Shown: positions 1 to 12,189 of the stretch, one piece after another | How positions within the stretch are numbered: position 1 is the first letter of the stretch | Layout of the letters: each line of letters opens with the position of its first letter | DNA from: Aquifex aeolicus VF5 | Lineage (GTDB): Bacteria > Aquificota > Aquificia > Aquificales > Aquificaceae | Length of the DNA: 32,000 nt | Direction of reading: 5' to 3' | NCBI RefSeq assembly: GCF_000008625.1 | Contig: NC_000918.1 | Span: 660,001-692,000, forward strand | Made by a program: the position numbers and the translations under genes | The notes under the pieces: generated by a model | The model's input: the letters and a program-made list of their open reading frames with translations, nothing else | Database searches by the model: none | Told to the model about the DNA's origin: nothing

Positions 1-499
1 CAATGAGTTCCGCTCCCGAGAGTGCGGTTTGCCTTTCAACTCCGTCGGGATACCATATGTCCTCGCATATGGAAAAGGAGACTTTATGCCCGTTTACCTC
101 TATCATTAATGGTTCTTCTCCTTTCCTGAAGTACCTGTACTCGTCAAAAACGCTGTAATTGGGCAAAAAGTGTTTTTTATAAATCCCCAGAACTTCTCCT
201 CTGTGTATTACCGCCAGGGCGTTGTAAAGGTCAAACTCGTAGTATGGCAGTCCAACAGCGACGATAACGTCGTAATTCCTCGTGTGGTGAATTATTTGAT
301 CAAACGCTTTTTCACACTCTTTCAAGAAATGGGGTTGTAAAAGGAGGTCTTCGGGGGGATAACCGCTCAGGGAAAGTTCGGGAAAGGCTATTATGTGACT
401 CTTTTCCGAGTACTCGTCTATAACCTTTAAAATCTTCTCTTTATTCCCTTCTACGTCTCCTACGGTAAAGTTGAGCTGGGCGAGCGTGAGGTTGAGCAT
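1..499 (-). CDS. nadE: Glutamine-dependent NAD+ synthetase, N-terminal (nitrilase/glutaminase) part, truncated by window edge
   Basis: Reverse-strand reading from ATG at 499: MLNLTLAQLNFTVGDVEGNKEKILKVIDEYSEKSHIIAFPELSLSGYPPEDLLL...; carbon-nitrogen hydrolase Glu motif (FPELSLSGYPPEDLL) typical of NadE. Open to the window edge. Confidence 0.85.
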   Translation of the reverse strand, partial: MLNLTLAQLNFTVGDVEGNKEKILKVIDEYSEKSHIIAFPELSLSGYPPEDLLLQPHFLKECEKAFDQIIHHTRNYDVIVAVGLPYYEFDLYNALAVIHRGEVLGIYKKHFLPNYSVFDEYRYFRKGEEPLMIEVNGHKVSFSICEDIWYPDGVERQTALSGAELI

Positions 500-509
500 T
501 AAATAAATA

Positions 510-2204
510 TTAAACTACCCTTATCTCCATCTCCTCGTCTCCGTACAGGTGTACTGCACAGGCAAGACATGGATCAAAACTGTGGATTGTTCTGAGAATC
601 TCAACAGGTTCCTTGGGATTGTGCAGACTGTGCCCTACTAAGGAAGCCTCGTAAGCCGATGGATTTCCCTTTGCGTCTCTCGGAGAGGCGTTCCAAGTCG
701 TGGGGACTACGGCCTGGTAATTTTCGAGTTTTCCGTCTTTTATGTGTACCCAGTGGGATAGAGAACCTCTAGGAGCTTCCATAAAGCCTACTCCTTTTGT
801 TTCCTTTGGCCACGTTGAGGGTTCCCACTTCTCAGGATTAAAGACGTCGTAATTTCCCTTTTTGACGTTTTCCATGAGTTCCGAAAACCAGTTCTTCATG
901 CTAAAGGAGTAAAGTTTTGTCTCGAGCGCTCTCGCGAAAGTTCTTCCCATAGTTGAAAACATTCCTTCGAAGGGTACGTCCATTTCCTTTAAGTGTTTTT
1001 CAACTTCCTCCCTTATACCGTACATATCCCTTGCATACAGAGCGAGAATTCTGGAAAGAGGTCCTACTTCAACCGAGTAGTCCTTGTAACGGGGAGCTTT
1101 TAACCAAGAGTACTTTCCTTCGACGTTGAGGTATTCATAAGGGGGTTTGGGACCCGTGTAGTTCAAATTAGTCTCACCTTCCCAAGGGTGTAAGGGTTTG
1201 TCGTCACCCACGGAGTATTTGTACCAGCTGTGAGTGACGTACTCTTTTACCTCATTTATGTTCACTTCTTCAAAATCCTTTAGGTTTCTGCCTTTTATGA
1301 AAGTAGGTGGTATGAACCACTTTCCTTCTCTCCAGGAGTCCTTTTCCGGTTCTCCGAGCACTAAGAAGTTTCCGAGCCCTTCCCCTTTAAAGAACCAGTC
1401 CTTGTAGTATTTCCCTAGAACTTTAATGTCAGGCAGGTAAACCTTCACGGTAAAGTCGTACATCTCGTCTATAAGGGTTTTTATTCTTCCGAGTTTTTCC
1501 ATGTTTATGGCCGTATCACTTTCCGGATTTATTGGAGCTGCCATACCTCCTACGGCAAAGTTCGGGTGTGGATTCTTTCCTCCTATTATCGTGTGAACTT
1601 GAACTATCCTAGTTTGCCAGTCAAGTGCGTCAAGGTAATGGGCTATGAGCATGAGGTTAAGTTCAGGCGGAAGTTTGTACTCGGGATGATTCCAGTATCC
1701 TTTGTTAAATATCCCCAGCTGTCCCCTCTCTACCTGCTGTTTTATCTTTTTCTGAACTTCCCTGAAATATCCAGGTGTGGATTTTTCGTAATTAGACAAG
1801 GATTGGGCAAGCCTTGAAGTCTCATAAGGATCTGCTTTTAGAGCTTGTACGGGATTTACCCAGTCGAGGAGGTGAAGGTGGTAAAAGTGAACTACGTGAT
1901 CGTGAACGAATATAGTACCTATTATTAACTTCCTAAGGAGGGAAGCGTTTACGGGGACGTTTATGGAAAGTGCGTCTTCCACTGCCCTGACTGAGGCTAT
2001 TGCGTGGACCGTTGTACAAACACCGCATATTCTCTGGGCAAAAGCCCACGCTTCCCGTGGATCCCTTCCCTTAAGGATTATCTCAATCCCCCTTACCATC
2101 GTACCGGAGCTGTAAGCCTTCGTTATCTTTCCGTCTTTTACTTCCGCTTCTATCCTCAAATGTCCCTCTATCCTTGTGACGGGATCAACTACAACCCTTT
2201 TCAT
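510..2204 (-). CDS. hynL: [NiFe] hydrogenase large subunit (Isp-type, membrane-associated)
   Basis: 564 aa ORF with L1 motif RICGVCTTVHA and C-terminal L2 motif DPCLACAVH followed by a short tail for endoproteolytic processing. Confidence 0.96.
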   Translation of the reverse strand: MKRVVVDPVTRIEGHLRIEAEVKDGKITKAYSSGTMVRGIEIILKGRDPREAWAFAQRICGVCTTVHAIASVRAVEDALSINVPVNASLLRKLIIGTIFVHDHVVHFYHLHLLDWVNPVQALKADPYETSRLAQSLSNYEKSTPGYFREVQKKIKQQVERGQLGIFNKGYWNHPEYKLPPELNLMLIAHYLDALDWQTRIVQVHTIIGGKNPHPNFAVGGMAAPINPESDTAINMEKLGRIKTLIDEMYDFTVKVYLPDIKVLGKYYKDWFFKGEGLGNFLVLGEPEKDSWREGKWFIPPTFIKGRNLKDFEEVNINEVKEYVTHSWYKYSVGDDKPLHPWEGETNLNYTGPKPPYEYLNVEGKYSWLKAPRYKDYSVEVGPLSRILALYARDMYGIREEVEKHLKEMDVPFEGMFSTMGRTFARALETKLYSFSMKNWFSELMENVKKGNYDVFNPEKWEPSTWPKETKGVGFMEAPRGSLSHWVHIKDGKLENYQAVVPTTWNASPRDAKGNPSAYEASLVGHSLHNPKEPVEILRTIHSFDPCLACAVHLYGDEEMEIRVV

Positions 2205-3505
2205 TCTTCATCCTCCAGAGCTTCCGCAACTAATTCCACAAGACTTAAAAACTTGTAATCCCTGTTCAGTTCCTTTGAACTTTTCTCAAGGGCTAACATG
2301 CAGTTAGCACAGTAACAGGCCACATTTTTAGTTCCAGCCTTGTCAAAGAGTTCCATCTTGGTCAGGAAAGCCTTTCTCCTGTGTTCATCTGCTTCGTGAA
2401 CTACTACTACGCCGCCTCCCCCACCGCAACATATGTTCTTTTCGGGAAACTCAACCGAGTCCACGAACTTCTGCGATATATGCGTGAGGATTTCTCTCGG
2501 CTCCCTCAATACACCTCCTCTCCTGCCTATTTGACAGGAATCGTGAAGTGTAACTACGTCCACAACCTTCTTGTTCAGTTTTATCCTACCTTCGTCAAGC
2601 ATTTTCTTTATAAACTCAACGACGTTCAGAACTTCAAAATCCCACTCCTTCGGGAATACGTTGGGAGCTACAAACCTTATAGCCTGATATGCGTGCCCGC
2701 ATTCGGGAGATATAATCGTCTTAATACCGAGTTCTTTAGCCCCTTTTAGAATTCTCTCCAGCAATTCTTTTATAACTTTTTTATCTTGAACGAACATTCC
2801 GAAGTTAGTAGCCTCGTGTGCAACCGTTGAGAGTGTCCACTTAACACCGCTTTTGTTCAATATTTTTGCCGCGGCCGCAACGGATTCGGGATACTTCATA
2901 AGTTCTATTGAAGAAGGTATGTAGAGATACTCTGCCGGCTGGTCTACGGGCATTTCCACTTCCCACTCGTCGGATATGAAATCAATTCTCTGGAGGAAGG
3001 TTTTCGTATCTACTCCTAAAGGACTTCCCTGCTCTATGGCTCTGTTGGTGGCTTCTACGAGATCCTCCGGCGTGAGTCCTATCTGGGTGAGCGCTCCTCT
3101 CACTATACCCACGAGCATAGGTGTGTCTATTCCCATGGGACATATCTTCGTACACCTGTCACACATTGTACAGGTGTAGTACGCAAGTCTTACCTGCTCG
3201 TAAAGATCTTCGGGCTTTATTTTTACTCCGAAACCGAACAACTTCTTAATTCTTCCCCACAGTGTGTAGTTTTCCTTGTATATTTCCCTTAAGAGGTCAG
3301 CTTTGTAAGCCGGAGTTAGAGTGGGGTCTATTTTTCCCGATATGTTCTCACCCATGTAGAAGTGGCAGGCTTCAGCACAAAGTCCGCACCTTACGCACGC
3401 TTCTAAATAAGCTGCAACTTCGGAGTTTATTGAACTCTTGCAGAAATTGTAGAACTTCTTTATATCCTCTTGGCTTACCTTTTCTTTATGAAAGAGTTTT
3501 ACCAT
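2201..3505 (-). CDS. isp2: HdrD-like iron-sulfur protein (Isp2)
   Basis: 434 aa ORF; two ferredoxin-like clusters (CVRCGLCAEACH, CTMCDRCTKICP) and CCG-type cysteine motifs (CCGGGGG, CYCANC); 4-bp overlap with the large subunit ORF. Confidence 0.9.
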   Translation of the reverse strand: MVKLFHKEKVSQEDIKKFYNFCKSSINSEVAAYLEACVRCGLCAEACHFYMGENISGKIDPTLTPAYKADLLREIYKENYTLWGRIKKLFGFGVKIKPEDLYEQVRLAYYTCTMCDRCTKICPMGIDTPMLVGIVRGALTQIGLTPEDLVEATNRAIEQGSPLGVDTKTFLQRIDFISDEWEVEMPVDQPAEYLYIPSSIELMKYPESVAAAAKILNKSGVKWTLSTVAHEATNFGMFVQDKKVIKELLERILKGAKELGIKTIISPECGHAYQAIRFVAPNVFPKEWDFEVLNVVEFIKKMLDEGRIKLNKKVVDVVTLHDSCQIGRRGGVLREPREILTHISQKFVDSVEFPEKNICCGGGGGVVVVHEADEHRRKAFLTKMELFDKAGTKNVACYCANCMLALEKSSKELNRDYKFLSLVELVAEALEDEE

Positions 3506-3517
3506 AACAGTCCCCCT

Positions 3518-4198
3518 TTAGAAGGAAACACCTCTCCTTCCAACTTTCCAGCCGTAGTAGAAAACGGAAACGAAGTAGTAAACGAAGTGTGAAAGTCTGC
3601 TGAAGGGTATGTAGATTATAAGGAGTGCGGCGGATAGCATGTGCAGGGTAACGAGCCACACGTAATTACCGCCTCCCGCCCAGTTGTTCGCCAGCAATCC
3701 CGTAAATATAACTATTCCGATTAACGTATTTGCTATGTACTCATCCGAGCCTGTCAAGAGCTTCAGAACCGGGTTAAAAATCCTGTGAACAGTTAGTGCT
3801 ACAAGTGATCCGAGAGCGGCGTATGCAAGTATATCCGATACTATCTGCGGCATGTACGGGAATTCAAAACCTATAATCTTCTTCCATAAAAACGCGTGCT
3901 GAGGAACGAAAAAGGTAAGTCCGAGGAAACCTATGTGAAAGAGGAAACCTCCAACGTACTGTATTCCCCTGTGGGCAAAGACTTCTCCGAAAAACCTCCA
4001 CGCCTGAGTTGGTTTAAAGGTTACCTTTTCCACGGCTTTCAGAAAGGGATGACCCTTTGGTTTTGAACGATCATGGGGAAGACCGAGTATTATTACTCTA
4101 AAGAACCTGTAAAGAATACCTATAAAGAACACGTAAACGGATACCGGAAGGAGATAGGATCTTACGAAGTCGTAAACTTTTACGTCTATGAGCTCCAT
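3518..4198 (-). CDS. isp1: Cytochrome b subunit, NarI/DsrM-like (Isp1)
   Basis: 226 aa hydrophobic protein with several His residues in predicted TM helices, located between small subunit and HdrD-like gene as in Isp-type hydrogenases. Confidence 0.85.
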   Translation of the reverse strand: MELIDVKVYDFVRSYLLPVSVYVFFIGILYRFFRVIILGLPHDRSKPKGHPFLKAVEKVTFKPTQAWRFFGEVFAHRGIQYVGGFLFHIGFLGLTFFVPQHAFLWKKIIGFEFPYMPQIVSDILAYAALGSLVALTVHRIFNPVLKLLTGSDEYIANTLIGIVIFTGLLANNWAGGGNYVWLVTLHMLSAALLIIYIPFSRLSHFVYYFVSVFYYGWKVGRRGVSF

Positions 4199-5247
4199 TA
4201 CTTTTCCTCCTTCTTTTTGTTTATCAACTTGTTTAGAACACCTATACCGATCCCAACCGCAGCGCCTATTCCCACACCTTTCAGCGTATCCGAAATTCCC
4301 GAGTATCCTTCCATAACGGACAGAGGGTTGTATATAAATCCCCTGTCCCAGAAGTCAGGTTCTGAGCATCCGAAACAGGGGTGTCCGGATTGTATCGGGA
4401 AACTGAGTCCTCCGTTCCACCTCATGCTTGCACAGGCATTTCTCGTTATCGGACCTTTACAGCCGAGTTTGTAAAGACAGTAACCTTTTCTCGCTTTTTC
4501 GTCGTCAAAAGATTCCGCAAACTGTCCCGAATTGTAAAAGGCCCTCCTGTAACACCTGTCGTGTATCGTTTCACCGTAAAATTGCTTGGGTCTGCCGAGT
4601 TCGTCCAGGGGAGGTAATTTTCCTAAGGCTAAAAAGTGAACTATCGTAGCCACCATTACGTCGCCTATCGGAGGACACCCCGGCACGTTCACAACGGGTT
4701 TATCCTTTACAATTTCGTAAACCGGAACCGCTCCCGTTGGGTTTGGACTTGCCTTGGGAATACCGCCCCAGGATGCACAACTTCCAACGGCTATAACGAA
4801 AGCGGCGTGTTCAGCGGTTTCCCTCAATATATCAACGCTTGACTTTCCTCCGACCGTACAGTAGACACCTCCATCCGCAGGAGTGGGAGATCCCTCTACT
4901 ACCAAGACGTACTTACCCTTGTACTTCTTTATAGCTTCTTCCCTCGCCTCTTCCGCGTAAAATCCTGAGGGAGCCATCAGTGTTTCGTGGTACTCCAGTG
5001 ATATGTAATCGAGGAGAACCTCTGTTGGAAGAAGGGTTGTGCTCCTTATAAAGGATTCGCTGCATCCGGCGCAATCCTGAAACTCGAGCCATATGACCAC
5101 GGGTTTTTCCTTCTTTTCAAGAGCCTGTGCAACCTTCGGGTAAAGCGAAGGGGGAAGTCCTAAGAAGGCGCTAACAGCAAGGGAAAACTTCAGGAAATCT
5201 CTTCTCGAGTATCCTTTCCTTTTAAAAATTTCGTAAAGACTTTCCAA
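4198..5247 (-). CDS. hynS: [NiFe] hydrogenase small subunit with TAT signal
   Basis: 349 aa; TTG start preceded by AGGAGGGG; twin-arginine motif YSRRDFLKF; cluster motifs CAGCSES, GCPP, HPCFGCSEPDFWD; C-terminal hydrophobic helix. Confidence 0.95.
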   Translation of the reverse strand: MESLYEIFKRKGYSRRDFLKFSLAVSAFLGLPPSLYPKVAQALEKKEKPVVIWLEFQDCAGCSESFIRSTTLLPTEVLLDYISLEYHETLMAPSGFYAEEAREEAIKKYKGKYVLVVEGSPTPADGGVYCTVGGKSSVDILRETAEHAAFVIAVGSCASWGGIPKASPNPTGAVPVYEIVKDKPVVNVPGCPPIGDVMVATIVHFLALGKLPPLDELGRPKQFYGETIHDRCYRRAFYNSGQFAESFDDEKARKGYCLYKLGCKGPITRNACASMRWNGGLSFPIQSGHPCFGCSEPDFWDRGFIYNPLSVMEGYSGISDTLKGVGIGAAVGIGIGVLNKLINKKKEEK

Positions 5248-5268
5248 AAGTGCCCCTCCTTTAAGTTA

Positions 5269-5297
5269 AAAATAATGACTTGGATCATGTTTGTCAA
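5269..5297 (-). promoter_or_regulatory. Putative sigma70-type promoter for the hydrogenase operon
   Basis: Minus strand: TTGACA (5292-5297), 17-nt spacer, TATTTT (5269-5274), then purine-rich SD AGGAGGGG just upstream of the TTG start at 5247. Confidence 0.5.
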
Positions 5298-5316
5298 AAT
5301 TTTTGAAGTCAAAGGG

Positions 5317-5322
5317 TATAAT
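5317..5322 (+). promoter_or_regulatory. Perfect -10 hexamer TATAAT, 7 nt upstream of ATG 5330
   Basis: Sequence GGGTATAATCAAGTTTATGG; no SD between hexamer and ATG; no good -35 at 17 nt. Confidence 0.45.
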
Positions 5323-5329
5323 CAAGTTT

Positions 5330-5536
5330 ATGGAAAGGATAGGAGCTTTAGTTGTAGATCTGGAAGGGACGACCCACGAGATAACGGAAAAGTTAAACGA
5401 AGTTATAGAGGGCATTTACGAAGAAGGGAACGAGGTTATTGACGTTAAGGTTACTTACGCAAAAGAGCACGGAATAGACGGCTTTGTGATAGTCTACACG
5501 ATAGTATACAGGGGAAGGGAAGTTCCCGAAGAATGA
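5330..5536 (+). CDS. Small conserved-looking protein of unknown function (68 aa)
   Basis: ATG 5330 preferred over TTG 5291; MERIGALVVDLEGTTHEITEKLNEVIEG...; 4-bp overlap (ATGA) with the next ORF supports coding. Confidence 0.65.
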   Translation: MERIGALVVDLEGTTHEITEKLNEVIEGIYEEGNEVIDVKVTYAKEHGIDGFVIVYTIVYRGREVPEE

Positions 5537-5751
5537 GGATAAAGGTTAAAGTGAAGCCCAAGTCCAAAAAGGAAGAAGTTAAGAAGATTTCCGAAGAGGA
5601 GTACGAGGTTAAAGTAAAAGAACCTCCGGAGGGAGGAAGGGCTAACCAGAGGCTCATAGAACTCCTATCCGAGCACTTCGGTGTTTCAAAATCGAGGATA
5701 AGAATAGTGAGCGGGCACACTAGCAGGAATAAGGTAGTGGAAATCGGATAA
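5533..5751 (+). CDS. DUF167 / YggU-family protein
   Basis: 72 aa with typical VKPKSKKEEV...YEVKVKEPPEGGRANQRLIELLSEHFGVSKSRIRIVSGHTSRNKVVEI. Confidence 0.92.
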   Translation: MRIKVKVKPKSKKEEVKKISEEEYEVKVKEPPEGGRANQRLIELLSEHFGVSKSRIRIVSGHTSRNKVVEIG

Positions 5752-5761
5752 GATAATAACC

Positions 5762-6550
5762 ATGTTTACGCTCTAATAGACATGGACGGAGTACTCACCA
5801 AAGACAAGGAGTTAAATCCATTTCCCGATGCAAAGGAGTTTATAGATTTTTTAAGGGGAAAACAACATCCCCTTCAGAGTAGTTTCCAACAACTCAACCC
5901 GTCCCCCGCAATTAATAATTGAAAAATTAAAGGAGAAGGGAATAGAACTGAAGGTTGATGAATTCATATCACCCGTCGCAATCCTCCCAGAGTACCTGAG
6001 GAAGGAAGGTATAAAATCCGTCTTCGTAATAGGAACACCTATGCTAAAGGATTTCTTAAAAGAGCAGGGATTTGAAGTGAGGGAAAATCACGAGGTAGAC
6101 GCTGTAATAATAGGCCAGGACAAAGAGATAGAGTTTAAAAAGATAAAGAACGCAACATCTGCGGTTTTCTTGAAAGGGGCAAAGATCATTCCCGTAAACC
6201 TGAGCAAGATAGTGAAGGACAGTGACGGTCTTTACTTTCCTGGTTCCGGATCCTACGCCTACATGTTCAAACACGCCACCAATTACGAGGGAGAAATCCC
6301 CAACTTAGGTAAACCTTCAAAGGAGTTTATAAACCTCGCTCTGGAGGGACTTCCAAGGGAAAAGGTATTCCTCATAAGTGACGATATTTACACGGACCTC
6401 ATGGGGGCAAAGGAACTGGGGATAGGGACGATATTCATGACTACCGGAAAGTACAAGCAGGAAGAACTCAAGAAGGCTAACTTCAAACCCGATTACGTTT
6501 TTCACTCTCTCAAAGAATTAATGCGAGAAATCAAAAAGTGGCTCTCTTAA
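5762..6550 (+). pseudogene. HAD-superfamily phosphatase (NagD-like) with apparent compensating frameshifts, or sequencing errors
   Basis: Frame 1 encodes ...HVYALIDMDGVLTKDKELNPFPDAKEFIDFLRGK (motif I); frame 2 continues NIPFRVVSNNSTRPPQLIIEKLKEKGIELKVDEFISPVAILPEYL...VFVIGTPMLKDF... through the 6041-6550 ORF (KPSKEFINLALEGL, ISDDIYTDLMGAKELGIGTIFMTTG). Confidence 0.75.
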
Positions 6551-8495
6551 TACTTTTCTTTCTTCTAGGACTTTCCTTCTCCTTGGAAGTTTTCTCGGAA
6601 AAACTCGAAATTAAAGAAAATGAAATAATAGCGGAAGGAGATGCGGAAGCTTACTACAAGAATTACTACATAAAGGCTAAGAAGATAAAACTTTTGCGGG
6701 ACAAGGACGAGGTTTACGCCTACGAAGACGTTTACATAAAAAACTTAAAAACGGGTTTTGAAATAAGGGGAAGTTTTGCTTACGTGAATATGAAGAAAAA
6801 CAAAGGTTACTTTCTGAACGCTAAAGGTAAGTTCAGAGAGTTTAACTTCGAGGCAAAAAAGATTGAACAGCTGGATAAGGAAAGGTTTAAGGTTTACGAG
6901 GCCACGGTAACGACCTGCCCCTTAGATGATAAAGAACTTTACCTCTGTATATTCAGGGCGAATATAACGAAGGAAAGGGCTCTCATTTTCCACAACAGAT
7001 TGAAGTTCTTTAAAGTTCCCATTTTCTACCTGCCCGTTTACCTGATTCCCCTCGGGGGAAGGAAAACGGGCTTCCTCATGCCCACGATAGGGAGTTCCAC
7101 TTACAGTTCTTTTATATACATCCAGCCCTTCTTCTGGGCAATATCCCGCGACAAGGACATGACGATAACCGCGGACTACAGAAAGGATCAGATGAAGGGA
7201 CTTTCCTTAGAGTACAGACAAGCCTTTGACGAAGAAAGCGACCTGATAACTCAATTTTCTCTTTATAAGGAGGATAAAAAGAAGGGGGACTGGTGGAAAG
7301 GTAGGGAAATGTACAGGGAAAACAGGTTCAGGATATTTATGAAATACAGGAAAAAACCTTTTAAGATAGGTGTGGAAGAACTCTCAGACCCTTACTACTA
7401 CGAAGACATATCCTTTAAACAGGAGGAAATCACGAAGCCCTACACGAAAACTTACCTGATTTACGAAAAGGAAACAAAAAACTACCTCTTTTACTTCCAG
7501 ACGGTTCGATACAGGGATTTAACGGAAGAGAAAAACAACGCTGTAAACCTCCTCCCTGAAGCCAGTTTCCACCTAAAACCCTTTTACTACAAAGGATTTA
7601 ATTTCTCATTGGACTCTTCGTTTACGAATTTTTACAGGAATTACGACGGGAGCTTTATGCGTATTTCTCTGGAACCTACGGTGGGAAAATACTTTGAATT
7701 GTTCAAAGTCAGTAATTATTCTTCTTTGACCCTTATAAACAGGTACTACCCGGATTCAGAAGAAGACAAAATCGTGAGTACTTTCAGGTTCAGACACAGC
7801 GTTCCCCAGTACTTTTCTCTATCCTACGGAGGATTTAAATTCAAAAACTTCCTTGAGGGACTATACACCTTTTCTCCAAAGGATTACGAGGTTCAGATAT
7901 TCGATTATCAGGATGAGCTCAACGAAGAGAACAATTTCCAGTTTACACTTGTAGGAAATCTATACAAAAACAGAAAGCTTATGGATTACTTCCTGAACAC
8001 AGGATACAACCTTCTTGGCTCTTACACTTTTCCCACAGACGGAAAGAAGATTGACAAGAAACTCCTCCCCCTTTACTACAACGTCTCCGTATACCCTGTG
8101 GAAAACGTCAGGTTCTGGCAGGACGCGGTTTACGACTTTAACCTCGGTGTCTTTGCAAGGAATGTAATCGGTACGGATATTTCCTGGAAGAATTTCTCCG
8201 TGGGGATTTCCAATTCTGTGTACAAAAACAGTGAAAAGAAAGTTACAACGGATCAGATAGCTCTTAACCTCAAGTACAGCGGGGATAAGTTCTTTTCAGG
8301 CATTTCACTAAATTACGACAGACTAGTAGATAAGGAGACTTACAGGAACGTTTACGTAGGCGTAAAAGGAAAGTGCTGGAGTTTAGTGCTGGATTATAAG
8401 AGAAATTACTACAGGAACAGGGACGAGTACGTGGATCAGGTATTTTTGAGGTTCAACCTCTTCTTCAAAGAAGAGATAGAAATTCCTTTAAGACG

Positions 8496-8499
<4 letters not shown>
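6538..8499 (+). CDS. lptD: LptD-like outer membrane LPS-assembly/OstA-family protein
   Basis: 653 aa; N-terminal OstA-like region (EKLEIKENEIIAEGDAEAYYKNYYIKAKKIKL), FYLPVYLIPLGGRKTGFLMPTIG, then long beta-rich C-terminal barrel region. Confidence 0.85.
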
Positions 8500-10877
<2,378 letters not shown>

Positions 10878-10886
10878 GAATTTATT

Positions 10887-12167
10887 TTAGAAAATTACTC
10901 CGTACCTCTGGAGTCTCCTTTTCGCATCCTCGTACCAGGGTTCTCTTCCGCTTGCAAATTTAAGTGCGAGCTTGTAGTTCTCTACTGCTTTTTTTACATC
11001 ACCGAGCTCCTCGTAATCCCTTCCGAGGTAGTAGTAAATACCCGCGTAGGAAGGTATTCTCTTCTTCGCCTCGTTTAGTGCCCTTATACTCTCTTTGTAC
11101 TTTTTGAGCTTAAAGTAAGCTATACCCTGAAGGTACCATCCCCACAGAAGGTAAGGATCTAAATCGCTCACCCTTTTTGCGTACTCAAGGGCTCTTTTAT
11201 ACTTTCCGTGTTCAAGGTATATGGCGGAAGCGTAGGACATGGCTATCTGGTTGTTCGGGAATAGCTTTATAGCCTCTTCAAACTTCTTCAGGGCTTCGTC
11301 TTTTAGACCCTCCTTATACAGCTTCCTTCCTTCGTAATAAAGATCGTAGGATTTCTTAGTCGCCAAAAGCTTTTCCTTTATTCTTTGAAACTGAGGTGAA
11401 TCCTTTTTCAGGTTCGGGGGTAGTTTCATAGAGCTTATTAATTTAGACACTTCTCTTATTCGAGTATCGGGAAGGGGGTGAGTGGAAAGCCACTCTGGCG
11501 GGTAGTCCTTTTCCATCTTCTTAAACTTCTTGAATGTTTCAATAAGACCGTGGGGATCGTAGCCCGCCTTTACTGCGAATACCACCCCGTACTTGTCCGC
11601 TTCCCTCTCCTGATCCCTGCTGAACTTTAAAGCAAGCAAAGATGCACCAATTGAGGCGAGCTGAAGTGCTATCCTCGCGGTTGTGTCCCTGTCGTTTATC
11701 AAGAGGGCCCCTATCTGGAGGAGGATGCTCAGACCGAGCATTTTTTCAAGGTACCTTGCGTAGTGGCGTGCGTTTACGTGTCCGAGTTCGTGGGCAAGAA
11801 CACCAGCGAGCTCACTTTCGCTGTCTAGCATCAGAACCAATCCCCTCGTTATGACTATTTTCCCACCCGGAAGCGCAAAGGCGTTCAAAATCTTTGAGTT
11901 TACTAATACGAATTCGTAAGGAAGTTTTCTCGGCGTGTGTTTCGCTATGGAATTTCCAAGCTCCTTCACGTACTCCTGAACCTCTTTATCAGGGTATATA
12001 CCCTCGTACTCCGTTATCGCCTGAGGGAAAACACTATTTCCTATCGCGATTTCCTCTTCGGGGGGAAGGACGGTAAAGGTTTTCTTACCCGTGAGCGGGT
12101 CAACTACCTGAGTACAGGATACGATAAAAATGAACAAAGCTGATATAAGAGCTCTTACCCTCATCAA
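10887..12167 (-). CDS. M48-family zinc metalloprotease lipoprotein with C-terminal TPR repeats
   Basis: 426 aa; lipobox-like FIVSC, HELGHVNARH zinc motif, READKYG, STHPLPDTRI, then TPR repeats. Confidence 0.92.
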   Translation of the reverse strand: MMRVRALISALFIFIVSCTQVVDPLTGKKTFTVLPPEEEIAIGNSVFPQAITEYEGIYPDKEVQEYVKELGNSIAKHTPRKLPYEFVLVNSKILNAFALPGGKIVITRGLVLMLDSESELAGVLAHELGHVNARHYARYLEKMLGLSILLQIGALLINDRDTTARIALQLASIGASLLALKFSRDQEREADKYGVVFAVKAGYDPHGLIETFKKFKKMEKDYPPEWLSTHPLPDTRIREVSKLISSMKLPPNLKKDSPQFQRIKEKLLATKKSYDLYYEGRKLYKEGLKDEALKKFEEAIKLFPNNQIAMSYASAIYLEHGKYKRALEYAKRVSDLDPYLLWGWYLQGIAYFKLKKYKESIRALNEAKKRIPSYAGIYYYLGRDYEELGDVKKAVENYKLALKFASGREPWYEDAKRRLQRYGVIF

Positions 12168-12189
12168 TAATTAGGTTAGCACTTTATGT

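Noticed and set aside
5291-5329. TTG start at 5291 for the 68-aa gene
   Set aside because: It would place the start within the hydrogenase -35 region and before the TATAAT; ATG 5330 fits the -10 spacing and begins the folded-looking sequence.
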